The translations under genes were made by a program, and so were the position numbers. From Malacoraja senta (Eukaryota), in assembly GCA_038087875.1 (NCBI GenBank), contig CM075986.1, positions 930,001 through 994,000 of the forward strand: a stretch of DNA of 64,000 nt, written 5' to 3'. Within the stretch, counting starts at the first letter, position 1. The number at the start of each line of letters is the position of its first letter. Under the pieces are notes generated by a model. It ran no database searches. It saw only the letters and a program-made list of their open reading frames with translations, and was not told the origin of the DNA. This document shows positions 49,991 through 63,920 of this stretch, in pieces.

Positions 49991-50436
49991 GACTCAAAAA
50001 CAGACTTGGAATTCACAAATGGGTGCATCCACGAGATGTTGTGCACTGTCAACAGCAGCAGAAATGTTCCTCCTCAATCTGTAACCTCAATGCTCAATAG
50101 ACCCTTCATTCTACCATTGTTACTAAGATCTGGGATCAATAAGGAGATATGCATCAATAAGGAGTGCGGAAAGATTTGCGGGGAACAGCACCAATATAGC
50201 AAAAAATCAAGAGGTGCCAGTATGGTGCAACATAGGACTACAAGCATAATAAGCATAAAAATCCTGCAAAATAGACGGGGCAAAGTGACCAACAACTAAA
50301 GGATTAGATCAAAGCTCTGTTTTCAATCACATCTAGTCATATATATTGCCCAGCACCATTCTTGTCTATGAATAGTGGTGGACAATTAAACAGCTGACAA
50401 GTGGAGGAGGTTCCAAAAGTATCTCCACCCTCCACT

Positions 50437-50864
50437 AGGCTGGGACACTATTCCTTGGAGCGCAGGAGGATGAGGGGTGATCTTATTGTGGTGTATAAAA
50501 TCATGAGAGGACTAGATCAGATAGATGCACAGAGTCTCTTGCGCAGAGTAGGTGAATCAAGGACCAGAGGACATAGGTTTAAGGTGAAGGGGAAACGATT
50601 TAATAGGATTCTGAGGGGTAACCTTTACACACAAAGGGTGGTGGGTGTATGGAATAAACTTGTAGAGGAGGTAGTTGAAGCAAGGACCATCCCAACATTT
50701 AAGAAACATTTAGACAGGTACATGGATAGGACAGGTTTGGAGGGATATGGAACAAAGGCGGGCAGGTGGGACTAGTGTAGCTGGGACATGTTGGCCAATG
50801 TGGGCAAGTTAGGCCAAAGGGCCTGTTTCCACACTGTATCACTCTATGACTATGACTCTATGAC
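50437..50864 (+). mobile_element. CR1 3' fragment
   Basis: RLGHYSLERRRMRGDLI..YGTKAGRWD plus a (CTCTATGA)n tail. Confidence 0.85.
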
Positions 50865-51619
50865 GATGGCAGGGCCTAGCATGCAAGCTCCAAAGACAAG
50901 ACTGCAGCATTATCAATAGTTCTGACGAAGGGTTCCGACCCGAAACATCATCCATCCTTTTTTTCCAGAGATGCTGCCTGACTCGCTGAGTTACTCCGGC
51001 ACTTTGTGTATATCTGCAGTATAAACTAGCATCTGCAGTCCCTTCCTACACACTAAGAAATTGTTGATCCATCTCAGCTTTCTCCCACCTTTACAGAAGC
51101 CAGTTTCCAGCCAATTCAATACATTCCACATAGAATCAAGTAATGGATGAGAACACTAGATACAACAAAGGGTAAGGAACCATGCAACATCACAGCTGCT
51201 AAATCAAAACTCAGGAGCTCACTACGCCTTTATCCAAGGAGATCTTGTGCAGTTACGACAATGGCATTCATCCAACAATATGGAAGGTTGCCCATTTAAA
51301 TCCTGTTCACGAAAAGGAGGACAAATCCAATCCAGCTATTTACTGCCTATCAGTTTACTCCTATTCATCAGTAAAGTGATGGACGGAAGCATCAATAGTG
51401 CTTATTAAGCAGCACTTACTCATCAATAATCCACTCATCAATTCCTAGGTCAACTTGGCTTCAGATCTCATCACAGATGTGGTCTGAGCTGGAGCCAAAT
51501 GGCTGAATGCCACAAGTGAGGTGAAAATTATTGCCCTTGATACATAGGCAGCTTGTGGCCAGGTGTGGAATCAAGGAACCTGAACAATGGGCGTCAAAGG
51601 GAAATAGTCCGATAGCTGC

Positions 51620-51773
51620 AGAAAAAAGGAACTGCGGAAGCTGGCTTGCACAAAAGGATACAAAGTGCTGGAGTAATTGATGCAGCGGGTCAAGCAGCAT
51701 CAGGCGTCGCCTATCCATGCTCTCCAGAGATGCTGCTTGACCTGCTGAGTTACTCCATCACTTTGTGTCCTAT
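51620..51773 (+). mobile_element. Palindromic Penelope-derived element (core deleted) with TSD
   Basis: Inverted arms; TSD TCCGATAG at 51608-51615 and 51774-51781. Confidence 0.7.
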
Positions 51774-52667
51774 TCCGATAGTTGTTACCTTGCACAAAGG
51801 AAGATGGTGGTGGTTATTGGCGGACAATCCTTCCAGTCCCAGATATCACTGCAAGAGTTCCTCAGAGCCAACCATCTTTAGCTGCATCATTAATGACCTT
51901 AATGATAAGTGGAGATGTATATTGACGGTTGCATAATCTTCAATTCCATTCACAACTTCTCAACAAATGACCAATCCATGTATGCATGCATCATCACAGA
52001 ATAACATCAGGGGATGGACTAACTGCCAAGTTTTATGCCACAGATGTGTTGTGCAATGACTACCTACACCAAGAGATAATCTAACCACCTGCCTACAGCC
52101 ACCTGGTATTACCATCACTGATCCCGAGGACTCCAACCCCAGCCCAACCTCCAGGGACTCCAACCGCTGGAACATTGACCTCCCAACGCGCCAGCTTCTC
52201 CTTAGGCCGCAGTGTCTTTCTTTCACTAGAAAGTCTACAATGGTTCAAGAAAGCAGCCCACCACTATCCTCTTTAGATAGTTTAGGAGGGGCAATAAATA
52301 TTGGCCTTGCCAGCAACATCTAGATGCCAAAAATTGAATAAACGTAAAAAAATTAATTAGACCTCATGAAGCTTTGAAATTCATGCTCATTGAGTAACAC
52401 ATTATCAATTCTAGCATTTAGCACCTGCTGTCTTTATATCCAAGTCATACGATGAAACCTCTTGAAATTCTTCTTGTAAACAGTGGCCAGGATATCTAAA
52501 CAAATACTTCTGATGTTTCTTGCTATCTCCATTTTATAATCAAAATCTATTTTTCAGCAATATATTCGATATCTGGCCCGCTATCAGTCTCATCAATTGT
52601 TTCCCATTGGTTCGTTGGTCGATTTCTGCCATGCATGCATTAATTATTAAATGAGCGTGGGAAAAAT

Positions 52668-52768
52668 TTAAGGTAGACAAAAATACTGGAGAAGCTCAGC
52701 GGGTGAGGCAGCATCTGTGGAGCGAAGGAATAGGTGACGTTTTGGGTCAAGACCCTTCTTCAGACTGA
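52668..52768 (-). mobile_element. Solo hammerhead-type Penelope-derived element
   Basis: Reverse strand CAGTCTGAAGAAGGGTCTTGACCCAAAACGTCACC. Confidence 0.75.
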
Positions 52769-52877
52769 AAAATGTATGTCTTTTATATCTCACTTTCTCT
52801 TGCTTTTAATGAAGATGCATCTTTCCAAGAGCCAAGGTATCAAGTAAAGATCTCTTAAATTATAAATAGCTTAAAAG

Positions 52878-53176
52878 AGCGGAGCTGCCAGTCGGGTCGA
52901 GGGGGGTGTTCCCACCATCACGGATACCATGTAATCCCGTGCTACCTGCTCCATGGTCGGATAGTCGGCGATTAAACCGTCTCACCCACCTGGTTTGCCA
53001 GGAGAGGAGGGGGCTGTGGACACCCAGCAGGACCAAAAACCTGTCAAAGGGCGGATAAGCTCCTAGCGAGCCAACAGCCATCCACACTTTTGTAGAAGCT
53101 GTGATCACTGTCGTACATAGCATTGTAAGGCATCGTGCCCGTTGATGTTTTCAATGATGATGATGATGATGATGAT
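52878..53176 (+). mobile_element. Short GC-rich retroposon with (GAT)n tail, possibly RTE-derived
   Basis: Sharp GC-rich block in AT-rich context ending in a (GAT)n run; no ORF. Confidence 0.45.
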
Positions 53177-53269
53177 CGTGTTTCTGTGTTTTAAAACCAA
53201 ACTTGACTTCTTTTGCATTTTATTTCAACCATACTTCGTGGTTTAAATTCATACTCTTGCATCTGAATA

Positions 53270-54212
53270 AAGTCATAGAGTCATAGAGTCATACAGCACC
53301 AAAACAGGCTTTTCGGCCTAACTTGCCCATGCAGACCAAGGTGCCCCATCTATACTAATCCCACCTGCCTATGTTTGGCCCATACCCCTAAACCTTTCCT
53401 ATCAATGTTCATGTTCAATATGGTTTGAAAGGTATATCAAGAATGATTGATGGAATTTAATACAGAGAAATGTGAGGTGATATATTTTTGGAAGTCTAAC
53501 ATGGGCAGGACCTACACAGTGAATGGAATTAAATTGAATTGAATTTAATTGAGTAGGGTTCGGGGGAGTGTTATAGAGCAGAGGATCTAGGAGTGCAGGT
53601 ACATAATTCCTTGAAAGCGGCATCACAGGGAGATAGGGTGATCAAAAAGGCTTTTGGCACATTGACCTTCATCAGTCCGAGTATTGAGTATAGAAGTTAG
53701 GAAGTCATGTTGCAGTTATATAAGACATTCGTGAGGCCACATTTAGAGCATTGTGTTCAGTTCTGGGCACCATGTCATGGGAAGAATGTCAATCTGGAAA
53801 AGGTGCAGAGAGGATTTATGAGGATGTTGCCTGAGCTATAGGGAGAGGTTGAGCAGCCTAGGACGTTATTTCTTGGAGTGCAGGAGAATGGGGGTGATCT
53901 TATAGAGGTCTATAAAATCATGAGGAATAGATCAGTTAAGCACCTGATGATGGATTTCTTGCCCATAGTAGGGGAATTGAGAACCAGAGGACATAGGTTG
54001 AAGGTGAGGGAGGAAAGATTTAAAGCCCTGTCCCACTGTACGAGTTCATTCAAGTTTAAAAAACATTTAGACAGGAACATGGATTGGATAGGTTTAAAGG
54101 AATATGGGCCGAATGCAGGCAGGTGGGGCTAGTGTAGATGGGGTTGGTTAGTGTGGGCAAGTTGGGCCAAAGGGCCTGTTTCCACCTGTATGACTCTAAG
54201 ACTCTATGACTC
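53270..54212. mobile_element. Two divergently oriented CR1 3' fragments
   Basis: Minus-strand tail 53270-53410 and plus-strand fragment ~53435-54212, both with (ACTCTATG)n tails. Confidence 0.75.
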
Positions 54213-55094
54213 ATTGTGTTTACTACCGTTTGCACCGCATTGTTTTACCATCTTCATCCTTTATCTATTCTAGCCAAGTAAATTTCAACTTGAAATTTAT
54301 TCTGAATTACCCACATCAGATCTAATACCCTATTGTCAAAACAGAAACTCTCAAAGGCATTTTCTATGGTTCACCTGAAAGAGCAAATACTATTTAATAG
54401 CACATTGCATCTGCTGGAAAATATGGCTATTTAGTCAGTGCAGCACAGTCATAATGTCATACAGCGTGCAAACAGGCCCATCGGCCCAATTTGCCCATGC
54501 CGACCAACATGTCCCATCTACACACACATCCTCAATACTGCTCCGACTGCCCGCGTAGATTTTATATTTAGATCTCCACAGTGGAACGCAACCATTTGAC
54601 TCAAAAAGGTGAGGATGTGATCACCTAATAAACATTTATGCTGCTTGCACAGATGCTTGTGCCCTGTGGAAAATTATTGTTGAATGACTCCTAATTATGC
54701 ATCCATGTAATTGCAATTGACTAATCTTGAAAATGTCCTCAGAGGCAGCCTGTAAAAGCAAAGGACAAAGATATGAATTTTTATTGCTCTGTTCATTACC
54801 TCGGGCTGCCCAAATCTCTTTATAGCCAATGAAGTACTTTTGGAGGATTGTCATATTTGCATTGAAATTTGGCTTAATGTGGTGAGGACCATCTGGCAGC
54901 ATAATCATTTCTTGATACTTTTCTCCAACGTTTAATATTGTCTTCTACGAAGCAGTCATGGTTCTTTGTAGCATAATTCATGACCTACACGTCACACCTG
55001 CAAAACTCGGTATTGTCTTGAAAATCAGGGCAAAGCCAAAATCGTACCATTGCTATCATTTTCAAATTCAGTAATAATATTTCTATGCTGACAA

Positions 55095-55291
55095 TGCAAT
55101 TGTCACCTACACTTTGTGAGGGAGTTAGATGTGGCCCTTGTGGCTAAAGGGATCAGGGGGTATGGAGAGAAGGCAGGTACGGGATACTGAGTTGGATGAT
55201 CAGCCATGATCATATTGAATGGCGGTGCAGGCTCGAAGGGCCGAATGGCCTACTCCTGCACCTATTTTCTATGTATCTATGTATCTATGTA
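55095..55291 (+). mobile_element. Young CR1 3' end
   Basis: Essentially identical to the tail of 4022-4195. Confidence 0.88.
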
Positions 55292-55466
55292 CACTAATAA
55301 ACCCCAGGAAAATTGGCTGTTCCAAGTTGTAAAACTATTAACTAATATTTTGTGATTGCTGCGGTACTTTCAAGGAAAACGTACCTCGTGCCGACATTAG
55401 ACCCACAACTGAGGGAGAAATAATGAATCGCCTTAAAAGAGGAGAGCATTTGTGAGGCATTATGTA

Positions 55467-55720
55467 ATAGTTGAGTTAGGTTTATTGTCACGTACCGAGG
55501 TACAGTTAAAAACTTTTGTTGCATGCTAACCAGTCAGCGGAAAGACAATACATGATTACAATCAAGCCATCCACAGTGTACAGATACATGATAAAGGGAA
55601 TAACGTGAATAACATTAAGCACAAGATAATGTCCAGTAGAGTCTGATCTAAGATAGTCCAAAGGTCTCCAGTGAGGAGGATTGTAACTCAAGACTGTGCT
55701 ACGTAGTAGGGTGGTTCAGC
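55467..55720 (-). mobile_element. Rex1 3' UTR fragment
   Basis: Reverse complement of the 62210-62420 UTR. Confidence 0.7.
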
Positions 55721-56564
55721 ACAACATTGAGCAATATCCCACCACACCATTGGAGAACAATTATTGGCACCCAAAAAATTCTGCTTCTGCTAATTCTCTA
55801 AGATTTGTTCATGTTGATTAGTTATAGGATCAGAATTAGGCCATTCGGCTCATCAAGTCTACTCCACTGTTCAATCATGGCTGATCTATCTTTCCCTCTC
55901 AACCCCATTCTCCTGCCTTTCACCCTATAACCCCTGACACCCAATTTGTCATTCTTTCTCCTTCTAATGTAGAAGATCTGAAGGGCAGTACATTGGCACA
56001 GTCACCCGAGCTGCTGCCTGACATCTCCAGCAACCCATGTTCAATCCTCCAATGCTGTCTGCATGGAGTTTGCATGTTCTCCCTGTGACCATATGGGTTT
56101 CATCAAGTGTTCTGGTTTCCTCCTGAAAGGTGTGTGGATTAGTTTGTTACCTGGTCACAGTAAATTGCCCCAGATACGTAGCTGAGAGATAGAATCTGCA
56201 AGAGGTTGACACAAATGTGGCAGCCATAGCTTACAGGGGGGAAAAAAACAGTGGAGTACGGATTACCCCATGTGTCTGCATTGACCCAATAGGTTGAAAG
56301 GTCCTTCTTATATGTCATAAGCATATATGTAAATCTCATACATTTATCCCCAGGCATTTAACTTGCCTTTCCTGTATAGTTGTTCTCCTCCACAATCCCG
56401 CTATACCATCAGTGCACGGACAAGAGACAAGAGACGTGACAAAAGAGATACAAGCAATAAGTGTTTAATTGGCCTATGTACTCTCAATGGTAGAATAATT
56501 CCAATGCAATAGCATTAACGGCCTGTAAATGCAGCAGACACAGATAATATACATAATACAATAT

Positions 56565-56985
56565 TTAGTTTAGTTTAGAGATGAGTGATTCAGCATGGAA
56601 ACAGTCTGAAGAAGGGTCTCGATCAGAAATGTCACCCATTCTTTCTATCCAGGTATGCTGCCTGTCCCGCTGAGTTACTCCAGCATTTTGTGTCTCTCTG
56701 TGGAAACAGGCCCTTTAGGCCACCGAGTCCACACCAACCAACAATCACCCGTACACTAGTTCTATGTTATCTCAGTTCCGCATCCTCCAAACTAGGGGCA
56801 ATTTGCAGAAGACAATTAACCGACAAACTTGCACGTCTTTGGAATGTGGGAGAAATCTGGAGCACACATAGAAAACTCATGCGGTCACAGGGAGAACATA
56901 CTAACTCCATACCTACAGCACCCATCGTCAGGACGAACCCGGGTCTCTGCTGCAGTAAGGAAGCAATGCAAATACTGTGCTGCCT
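56565..56985 (-). mobile_element. HE1-like V-SINE with a nested 96-bp hammerhead element
   Basis: Insert 56605-56700 flanked by TSD TGGAAACAG (56596-56604, 56701-56709). Confidence 0.8.
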
Positions 56986-59900
56986 TTATAATGTATAATA
57001 TAATATTAGATAATATATAATAATGTAAAGAATAGACAATGATCACTTTCACTTTCTATTCCCTTCTATAAAGGAACCCCAGTTACTATTCGTATCCACC
57101 TTGAGCCTCCATGTACTTCCTAGTTTCTTTTCTGGGCTACCACAGGGAATTTGGTGGAAGACTCAGAAAATTGCAGTACTGTAATGATCTTAACATTTTT
57201 CTGCGGATAAATTCAGCTTTCCAGTGATCCAAACTCTTGTGTGGTGGTTGTCAGTCAATGTTGAGTTATGGTCATACAACATGGAAACAGGCCTTTCAGC
57301 CCACCAAATCTGAACCAAGCATCAAGCACTCATTTACACTAAAAACATGAAAACCTCAGTGGGTCAGGCAGCATCTCTGGAGGACATGGATAGTTAACAT
57401 TTCAGATCGGGAACCTTCTTCAGACCTGAAACATCACCCATCTATGCCCTCCAGAGATGCTGCCAGAGATTGTGCCAGAACTTTGTGCCTTTTGTTCAAG
57501 ATTCCAGCATCTACACTTCCTTGTGACCACACTCATTTAGACTAACCCTACACTAACCCCATTTTATTCTCCCCTTACTCCTACCAACTCTCCTGAGATT
57601 TATCCTCTCATCATTCACACTAGGGGCAACTTGCAGTGAACCCGTCTTATTAGGCAGCCATTGTACTATTCTTCTTGAAGCTACACTGCCATTAACTGGC
57701 TGGTTTTCTCTGCCATGTCCTTGCTCCCACTCCCAGGTTTCTGTTCTCAAGCAATAGCAAACTTAATCTTTGTGACAAAAGTTTCTCAGTGAGCTGATGC
57801 TGCATAATGAATGATCTTCGCTCAGTCTACAGTAGTAGCAATATTAAATGGAGGGCTATAGTTCCAACATCACCAGAGCACTGCAGACAGGCTAGAGAGT
57901 CCCTGTCGATTTGTGCAGGTGTTCATCTATTTTAATCGTTTTGTCATATGAGGCTGCATTGAGCAGACATGGTGCCATTTTAGTAGCTATCAGAGCACTT
58001 TGTAGCATTAGAATCTGAAGGCCGTCACCATGGCAACCTGCCTTACAATATATTCAGATTTCAGAGCCTCAAAGAAACAGAAGCACTTTGACATGCACAC
58101 ATTGTTATCCATGCTGGTCTGAAATGTTTGAAAACACCGTAGTTGTTTGGGCTGTTGGTCAAATTTAGCCCACGTGTATGAGGAGTTAAAAATTAGTATT
58201 ATGGATATGGAATCTTGACAATTGAAAACTGGTTGCATTAAAGTATATTCAAATTTCTTCCACTTAATTGATGTGCAGTCTTATTATTCTCCTTTGAATG
58301 AATTCATGTTTCCGCCATTGAAAACTCGGCTTCACTCTATGTGTTGCAAGAAGTGGCTGAGTACAAAGGTTACAGCAAAGACTGTAATCCATCCCACCCC
58401 CCACAAAACACCTTGGAGTCATACGCATAGAGTCGCACAATGCAGAAACAACCCATTTCGGTCCACTAAAATTCATACAGCCCAACAAGCGTCCATTTAT
58501 CCTAACCATTTCTCGTCCTATTCTCATTAACCCTCCCCAGATTCAACCACTCAACTACACACTGGGGGCATGTTACAGAGGCCAATGAACCTAGCATTCT
58601 GCAAATCATTGGGATGTGGAGGAAACCCATACAGTCAAAGGGAAATATGCAGACTCCCCACAGAGAGTCTTCGAGGTCAGGATCAAATGCAAGGCTGCAG
58701 TTTTATTTGCCAGCCTGCAGTGTTGATGCTCGTGGTTTGCAATTACCTGCATCTCCATGCCAAGTGTCTGAAGAAGGGTCACGGCCCGGAACATCACCTA
58801 TCCATGTTCTCTGGAGATGTTGCTTGACCTGCTGATTTACTCCAGCACTTTATGTCCAAGCTGTTCCAGTGCAGCTATATCAATGGTAGAGAACTGTCTT
58901 GTTCATGAAAACAGAAAAAATCCAGCATGGACAATTATTACCTCATTCATTTGTCCTAATTATCAATGGGGCAATGAAAGGGATCATTGTTCAGCATGGA
59001 TTCAGTGGGTCATGCTGTGGACTCAGTGATTAACAGTGCTATCAAATCTATCCTAGTCACCAGCGACCTGCTCAACAAAGCTATCTTCAGTTTTAGCCAG
59101 GCACTCCAGACACCAAGGGCCAAACAACAGGATGAGTTTAACTGCATCCTTTCATCATTAAATCACCCCATTCTCACAGTCCTAGGGTTCACGATTAACC
59201 AGAAGCTGGAATGGCTACCAGAAAAGTAGGAGGGTGTTTTGAAGTCAACAATTCACCTCAAGCTTACATTATTTAATGTGTAAATATTGGGCACCATTGG
59301 GTAGGTTGCCACTTTGCTGCTTAGATATTGTCACCCCCAGTCCAAATTAACGTTATTAAAAATGCACAATGTGGAACTAAACTTTGAACAGTTTTTTTAT
59401 TATGGCAGTGTATGTACACTGCTAAATATACCCTCAAGAAGAAAGATGAGAGTTTCCCACTTTGACTCTACTGTGAAGAAGTGGAATCTATTTCTCAAAA
59501 TGATTAGTTCACTGCACCTGAGCAACAAAACCAGAATTTGTAACACACAAAAGAAGTATGTTGAAAATTTCCATTAATTGCTAATAACGTACCATTTTGA
59601 CCACATCCATCTGAAAACAGTTGAAAACGTTCAAGAGTGCTCATGCTGATGGTTTGAAAGAGTTCATGAACCATGACAGCTTGCTGTGTAAATGCTCTAT
59701 AGTCAAGTAGTTCACCAAGATTTTGGCAAAAGCCTCACAAGGTGAAACATGTTACAGTAAACCCATCTTGCCCTTATACATCCAGTGATAACAGAAGGCA
59801 ACTGAAGCAAAAATCACTTTTCATTCTTGTTCTTGAGTAAACTGGTATTTTTTTATGACCTTTTAATATTTCAGCAAATTATTCAACACAAAGTGTCAAT

Positions 59901-60401
59901 TGAACTTGCTCTCTGGAACTAAAGTAAAGAGAAAGGATGATGGCAGGGAGAACACAGACAGTAAAGGGTTGAGAGAAATATCTGAAAGCAATGCTTTGAC
60001 AGAATGACCTTCAATGCAAGTGGAAATGCATACAGTTGCTTCATCTTAAAGTTAAACCCAATCTTAGAATCAATGTGGCTAAAAAGCAGGAAATAAAATA
60101 TAAGTACTGATAGTGTGTTTTTGCAGAAATTAATTTTACTTTATTTTCATTAACACCTATTCAACATCAGTCTGACACATGAATAGGTTAAGTAGACATT
60201 TTTAATTTTCAAATTCAGTTTTCATAGATTTGTGGAATCAAAAACAGAGAAACAGGCCCATCAGCCCACTGAGTCCACACCAAACATCAAACATGTTTGC
60301 AAAGTTCTCATTTTGCTACTTACAAATCATGTTTTCACTGCTGCCATATCATGTCCAATTATTGTTTTATGGGTTATTTCTGAAAAATCATCCACCATTA
60401 A

Positions 60402-61174
60402 AGGGCCTGTCCCACTTACGTGACTTTTCAGCGGACTGTCTGCGACCTTCATGCTCGGGGGTACTCGCCTGAAAAATCGTGAGCTGGAACGACCATTAGC
60501 GCGGAACACACACACACACACAAACATATCGCAAAGGCGGTGGCCAGGGAAAGTGGGGGAGCGCTGTCTGAAATTCACACGATGCAAAGCCAAGGTGATA
60601 CCCGCGATGAACAGGAAAGTTAAAGACGGCTAGCACAGTGTACAGTAAGTCCTTTAAAAGAGCGGGGGGTGGAGGGAAGGGAGAAGGGGGGAGAAGGGAG
60701 GAGAAGGGGGGAGAGAAGGAGTGAAGACATTTTTAAGAAGCCAGACAACTTTTAATAAGCCAGAGATACACAGCTGTGAAGTTTGGTGGGCATTTAACAT
60801 TACCGGTGGGTTTTCCTTGGTTCTGAAAACTCGTGCTTACGTTTTTTTTTCCCCAATGAGCCAATTAAAATGCCCGGTCAGCAAAGGTGATTTCCTACGG
60901 TTACCTCGACTACCTACAATGACATGGCGACCCCACTACCACTGCACTACGACTTCAAAAGTATAAATTCTCTCCTTGGCGACCAATATGTTGAAAAATT
61001 TTGCGCGACCATACTGAGGCCGCGAATAGTTACCACCATGCAGGAATTTCTCTCGACCATGAAGGAGACTCACCAGAGACCACCTACGAACATATGGCGA
61101 CCATGTGGCGAGCTTGTGGCAAGCGCAGAGTCTCCTGAACTCACAAATAAGGTAGCCTAAGTGGGACAGGCCCT
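60402..61174. mobile_element. PIF/Harbinger-type non-autonomous element
   Basis: TIR AGGGCCTGTCCCACTTA / TAAGTGGGACAGGCCCT, same family as 28277; TWA-type flanks (TAA / TTA). Confidence 0.82.
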
Positions 61175-61555
61175 TTACTCGTAATGAATTGAACAATAAA
61201 AAGCACGTTAAATCATGCCAAGGACTTATCCCAGCAGAAAGCCTGGGATTTCCCATGGGATCCAAACCACCTACAGATTAGCATGATTCCTTTAATGAAA
61301 GGTACACTGATGTCCTATTTCCAGAAATGCAAATTGTTGAAAAATCAGGTCAGTTTCTGCTGCTAGTGCTGATTTTATTGAAATGTGGGATATGCACATT
61401 AGACTGAACTTTTGTGGGTGTTCAATTTTGTTCACTATTAGAGAGAACAATCAGCAGCAGTTAACTAGTTTAAAAACAAGGAAATTGCCACCAGCATATA
61501 ACATGGAAATGAGAGCACAAATTATTCCTTTTCAGAACTGAATGTCTTTTTGAAG

Positions 61556-61708
61556 NNNNNNNNNNNNNNNNNNNNNNNNNNNNNNNNNNNNNNNNNNNNN
61601 NNNNNNNNNNNNNNNNNNNNNNNNNNNNNNNNNNNNNNNNNNNNNNNNNNNNNNNNNNNNNNNNNNNNNNNNNNNNNNNNNNNNNNNNNNNNNNNNNNNN
61701 NNNNNNNN
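61556..61708. other. Assembly gap (153 N)
   Basis: Run of N. Confidence 0.99.
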
Positions 61709-61907
61709 ATGAACAGCTTTTTAAGATTCTGCTGCTTTGTTCTTGCACTGGATCGAGTCCGCGCCGACCAACGATCACCCATACACTAGTTCTATCCTAA
61801 ACACGAGACAATTTACAGAAGCTAATTAGCCCACTAACCTGCACATCTTTGTAATGTGGGAGGAAACCGGTACACCCGGAGAAAACCCACACGGTCACAT
61901 GGAGAAC

Positions 61908-62427
61908 TCACAGGATGCATCAGGATGCATCACAGATTGGTTTGGAAACAGCTCCCTCCAAGACCACAAGAAATTGCAGTAAATTGTGGACACAGCCCAG
62001 ACCATCACACAAACCAACCTCACTTCTATTGATTCCATTTATACCTCACGCTGCCTCAGCATAATCAAGGATGAGTCGCACCCTGGCCACACCCTCTTCT
62101 CCCCTCTCCCATCAGGTGAAACGTATAGAAGTGTGAAAATGCACACCATCTGATTCAAGGACAGTTTCTTCCCAGCAGTTATCAGGCAACTGAATCAACC
62201 TACCACAACCAGAGAGCAGTGGTGAACTACTATCTACTTCTTTGGTGACCCTCGGACTTTTCTTGATCGGACTTTGCTGGCTTTACCTTACACTAAACGT
62301 TATTCCCTTATCATGTATCTATACGCTGTAAATGCCTCGATTGTAATAATGTATTGTCTTTCTGCTGACTGGGTAGCACGCAACAAAAGCTTGGTACACG
62401 TGACAATAAACTAAACTGAAACTGAAA
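61908..62427 (+). mobile_element. Rex1 3' fragment inserted in an HE1-like SINE (61745-61907 and 62428-62505, minus strand)
   Basis: SGCITDWFGNSS..FKDSFFPAVIRQLN and an (AAACTG)n tail. The SINE halves are colinear across the insert. Confidence 0.8.
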
Positions 62428-63821
62428 CATACAAACTCTGTCCAGAGAGCAACTGTAGTCGGGATCGAACCTGGTTCATTGGAGCTCCGCCACTGTGCTG
62501 CCCCAAAGCAAGTACAGTAACATAAACTGGGTTAGAATTGAATCATGCAAATTTTAACCATCACTTTTAGTCGGTGCATATCAAAATATCATTAAAGCAT
62601 GTCAAGTGCGTTATGAGTTTTATACCTTATAAATGTAGAAAAATGCACCAATAATTGCTTATGTGAATACATTGAGTTACAATCTATTTACAAACTGAAT
62701 ATTTATAGGACTGCAATAGAAATATTGAGAGTTTATTAGGATTTGTTTTCATCATTAAGTCCAGGTTAATCACTGGTTCAGACTTCTTGTTTTCGCGAAT
62801 AACATCGGCTCTATTCCTGTGCAATTGTTTTGACAATTGGCAGTTTCATCAAACTGCTTTTTTCTTAAATGCATGGTCTAACATAAAAAGTAATCTTCCA
62901 AGTATGCGAAGCAACCGTGTATTTCTCATTTACTGAAGGCTAATCTTTTCATCCGTGATGTCTCCAAATTCAAGACGCAGCCAGCTTCTCAAAGTCGGCA
63001 GACAAGTTACCTGAACAATACTGTTCATTCACTTCAATCACTTGTAAAGCTAAACTGCTTGCCAAGGACAGTAATAGTCACTCAGAGTTCAATAAGGGAA
63101 AGGATGCAATAACATATCTACTGTACATGTCTGTAACCATGAATTAGCAGACTGCAATTTTAGTCAGCAGGTTATATGGCCTTTTCAATATCCAGTAAGT
63201 GATCTTCAAATGTCCTTATCTGAACTTAAGAACATATCTTTCTGCATCTGAAGATTCCTGTAACTGAATAAGATGACTGAATTGAATAAGCATGCGTGCT
63301 AATTATATTGTAGTGCCAGTAAAATTTTTAAAAAGACAGCGAGATTCAGCCAAAGCTCACTGATTTTTGAATGTGGAGATTAGACAAGAATTGTTGTTAA
63401 ACTCCAGACTCTGCATGAGGTCAGCCAGCACCCCACTTAGGTGATAACGTGGTATTGCAGACGTTTACTGGATTGATAGCCAAGCGTTTATGCCAAAACA
63501 CTATTTGAGAATGAATCTATGGTTAATTAAAATTAATGGTGTTACACAGCACGCAGGAATCTATGTGGTCCATGCTGACTACATTAGTCCTTAATGCTAC
63601 CAATTATCTGAGTTCTCTTTATCTCTCCATAAAACCTTTATACTTTTCAGATACGTATTTAAAGTTATTATTGAATTTTCTTGAATAATCCTTTCAGTAA
63701 TGCATTTCACATTGCACCAAATTGTGGTATGACATTTTCTCCTTTTTTGACTGAAAAAGAGGAAGACTTCCCATTTCCATCACTATTATCTGAAAAGGCA
63801 AAGGGAGCCTTGGATTATTGT

Positions 63822-63920
63822 AGGGACAGCATGGTGCAGCTGTAGAGTTGCTGCCTTAGAGCGCCAGAGACCCAGGTTCGATCCTGACTCTGGGTGCTGT
63901 CTGTATGGTTTGTTCGTTGT
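63822..63920 (+). mobile_element. HE1-like SINE 5' part
   Basis: tRNA-like head with B-box GGTTCGATCC. Confidence 0.7.

Larger units (their letters stand above)
50255..52350 (+). mobile_element. Ancient CR1/L2-group LINE remnant with nested younger inserts
   Basis: WKVAH..PVH.K.DKSNPA.Y..SL remnant at 51281-51380. Interrupted by a CR1 at 50437-50864 and hammerhead elements at 50920-51052 and 51620-51773. Confidence 0.6.

Noticed and set aside
53270-54212. Twin-priming 5' inversion of one CR1
   Set aside because: Both pieces include the 3' tail, so two insertions or a rearrangement fit better.
61470-61789. ORFs with poly-X
   Set aside because: Artefacts of the N gap.
63011-63049. Minus-strand 39-nt exon candidate (LQVIEVNEQYCS)
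   Set aside because: Poor polypyrimidine tract and no other support.
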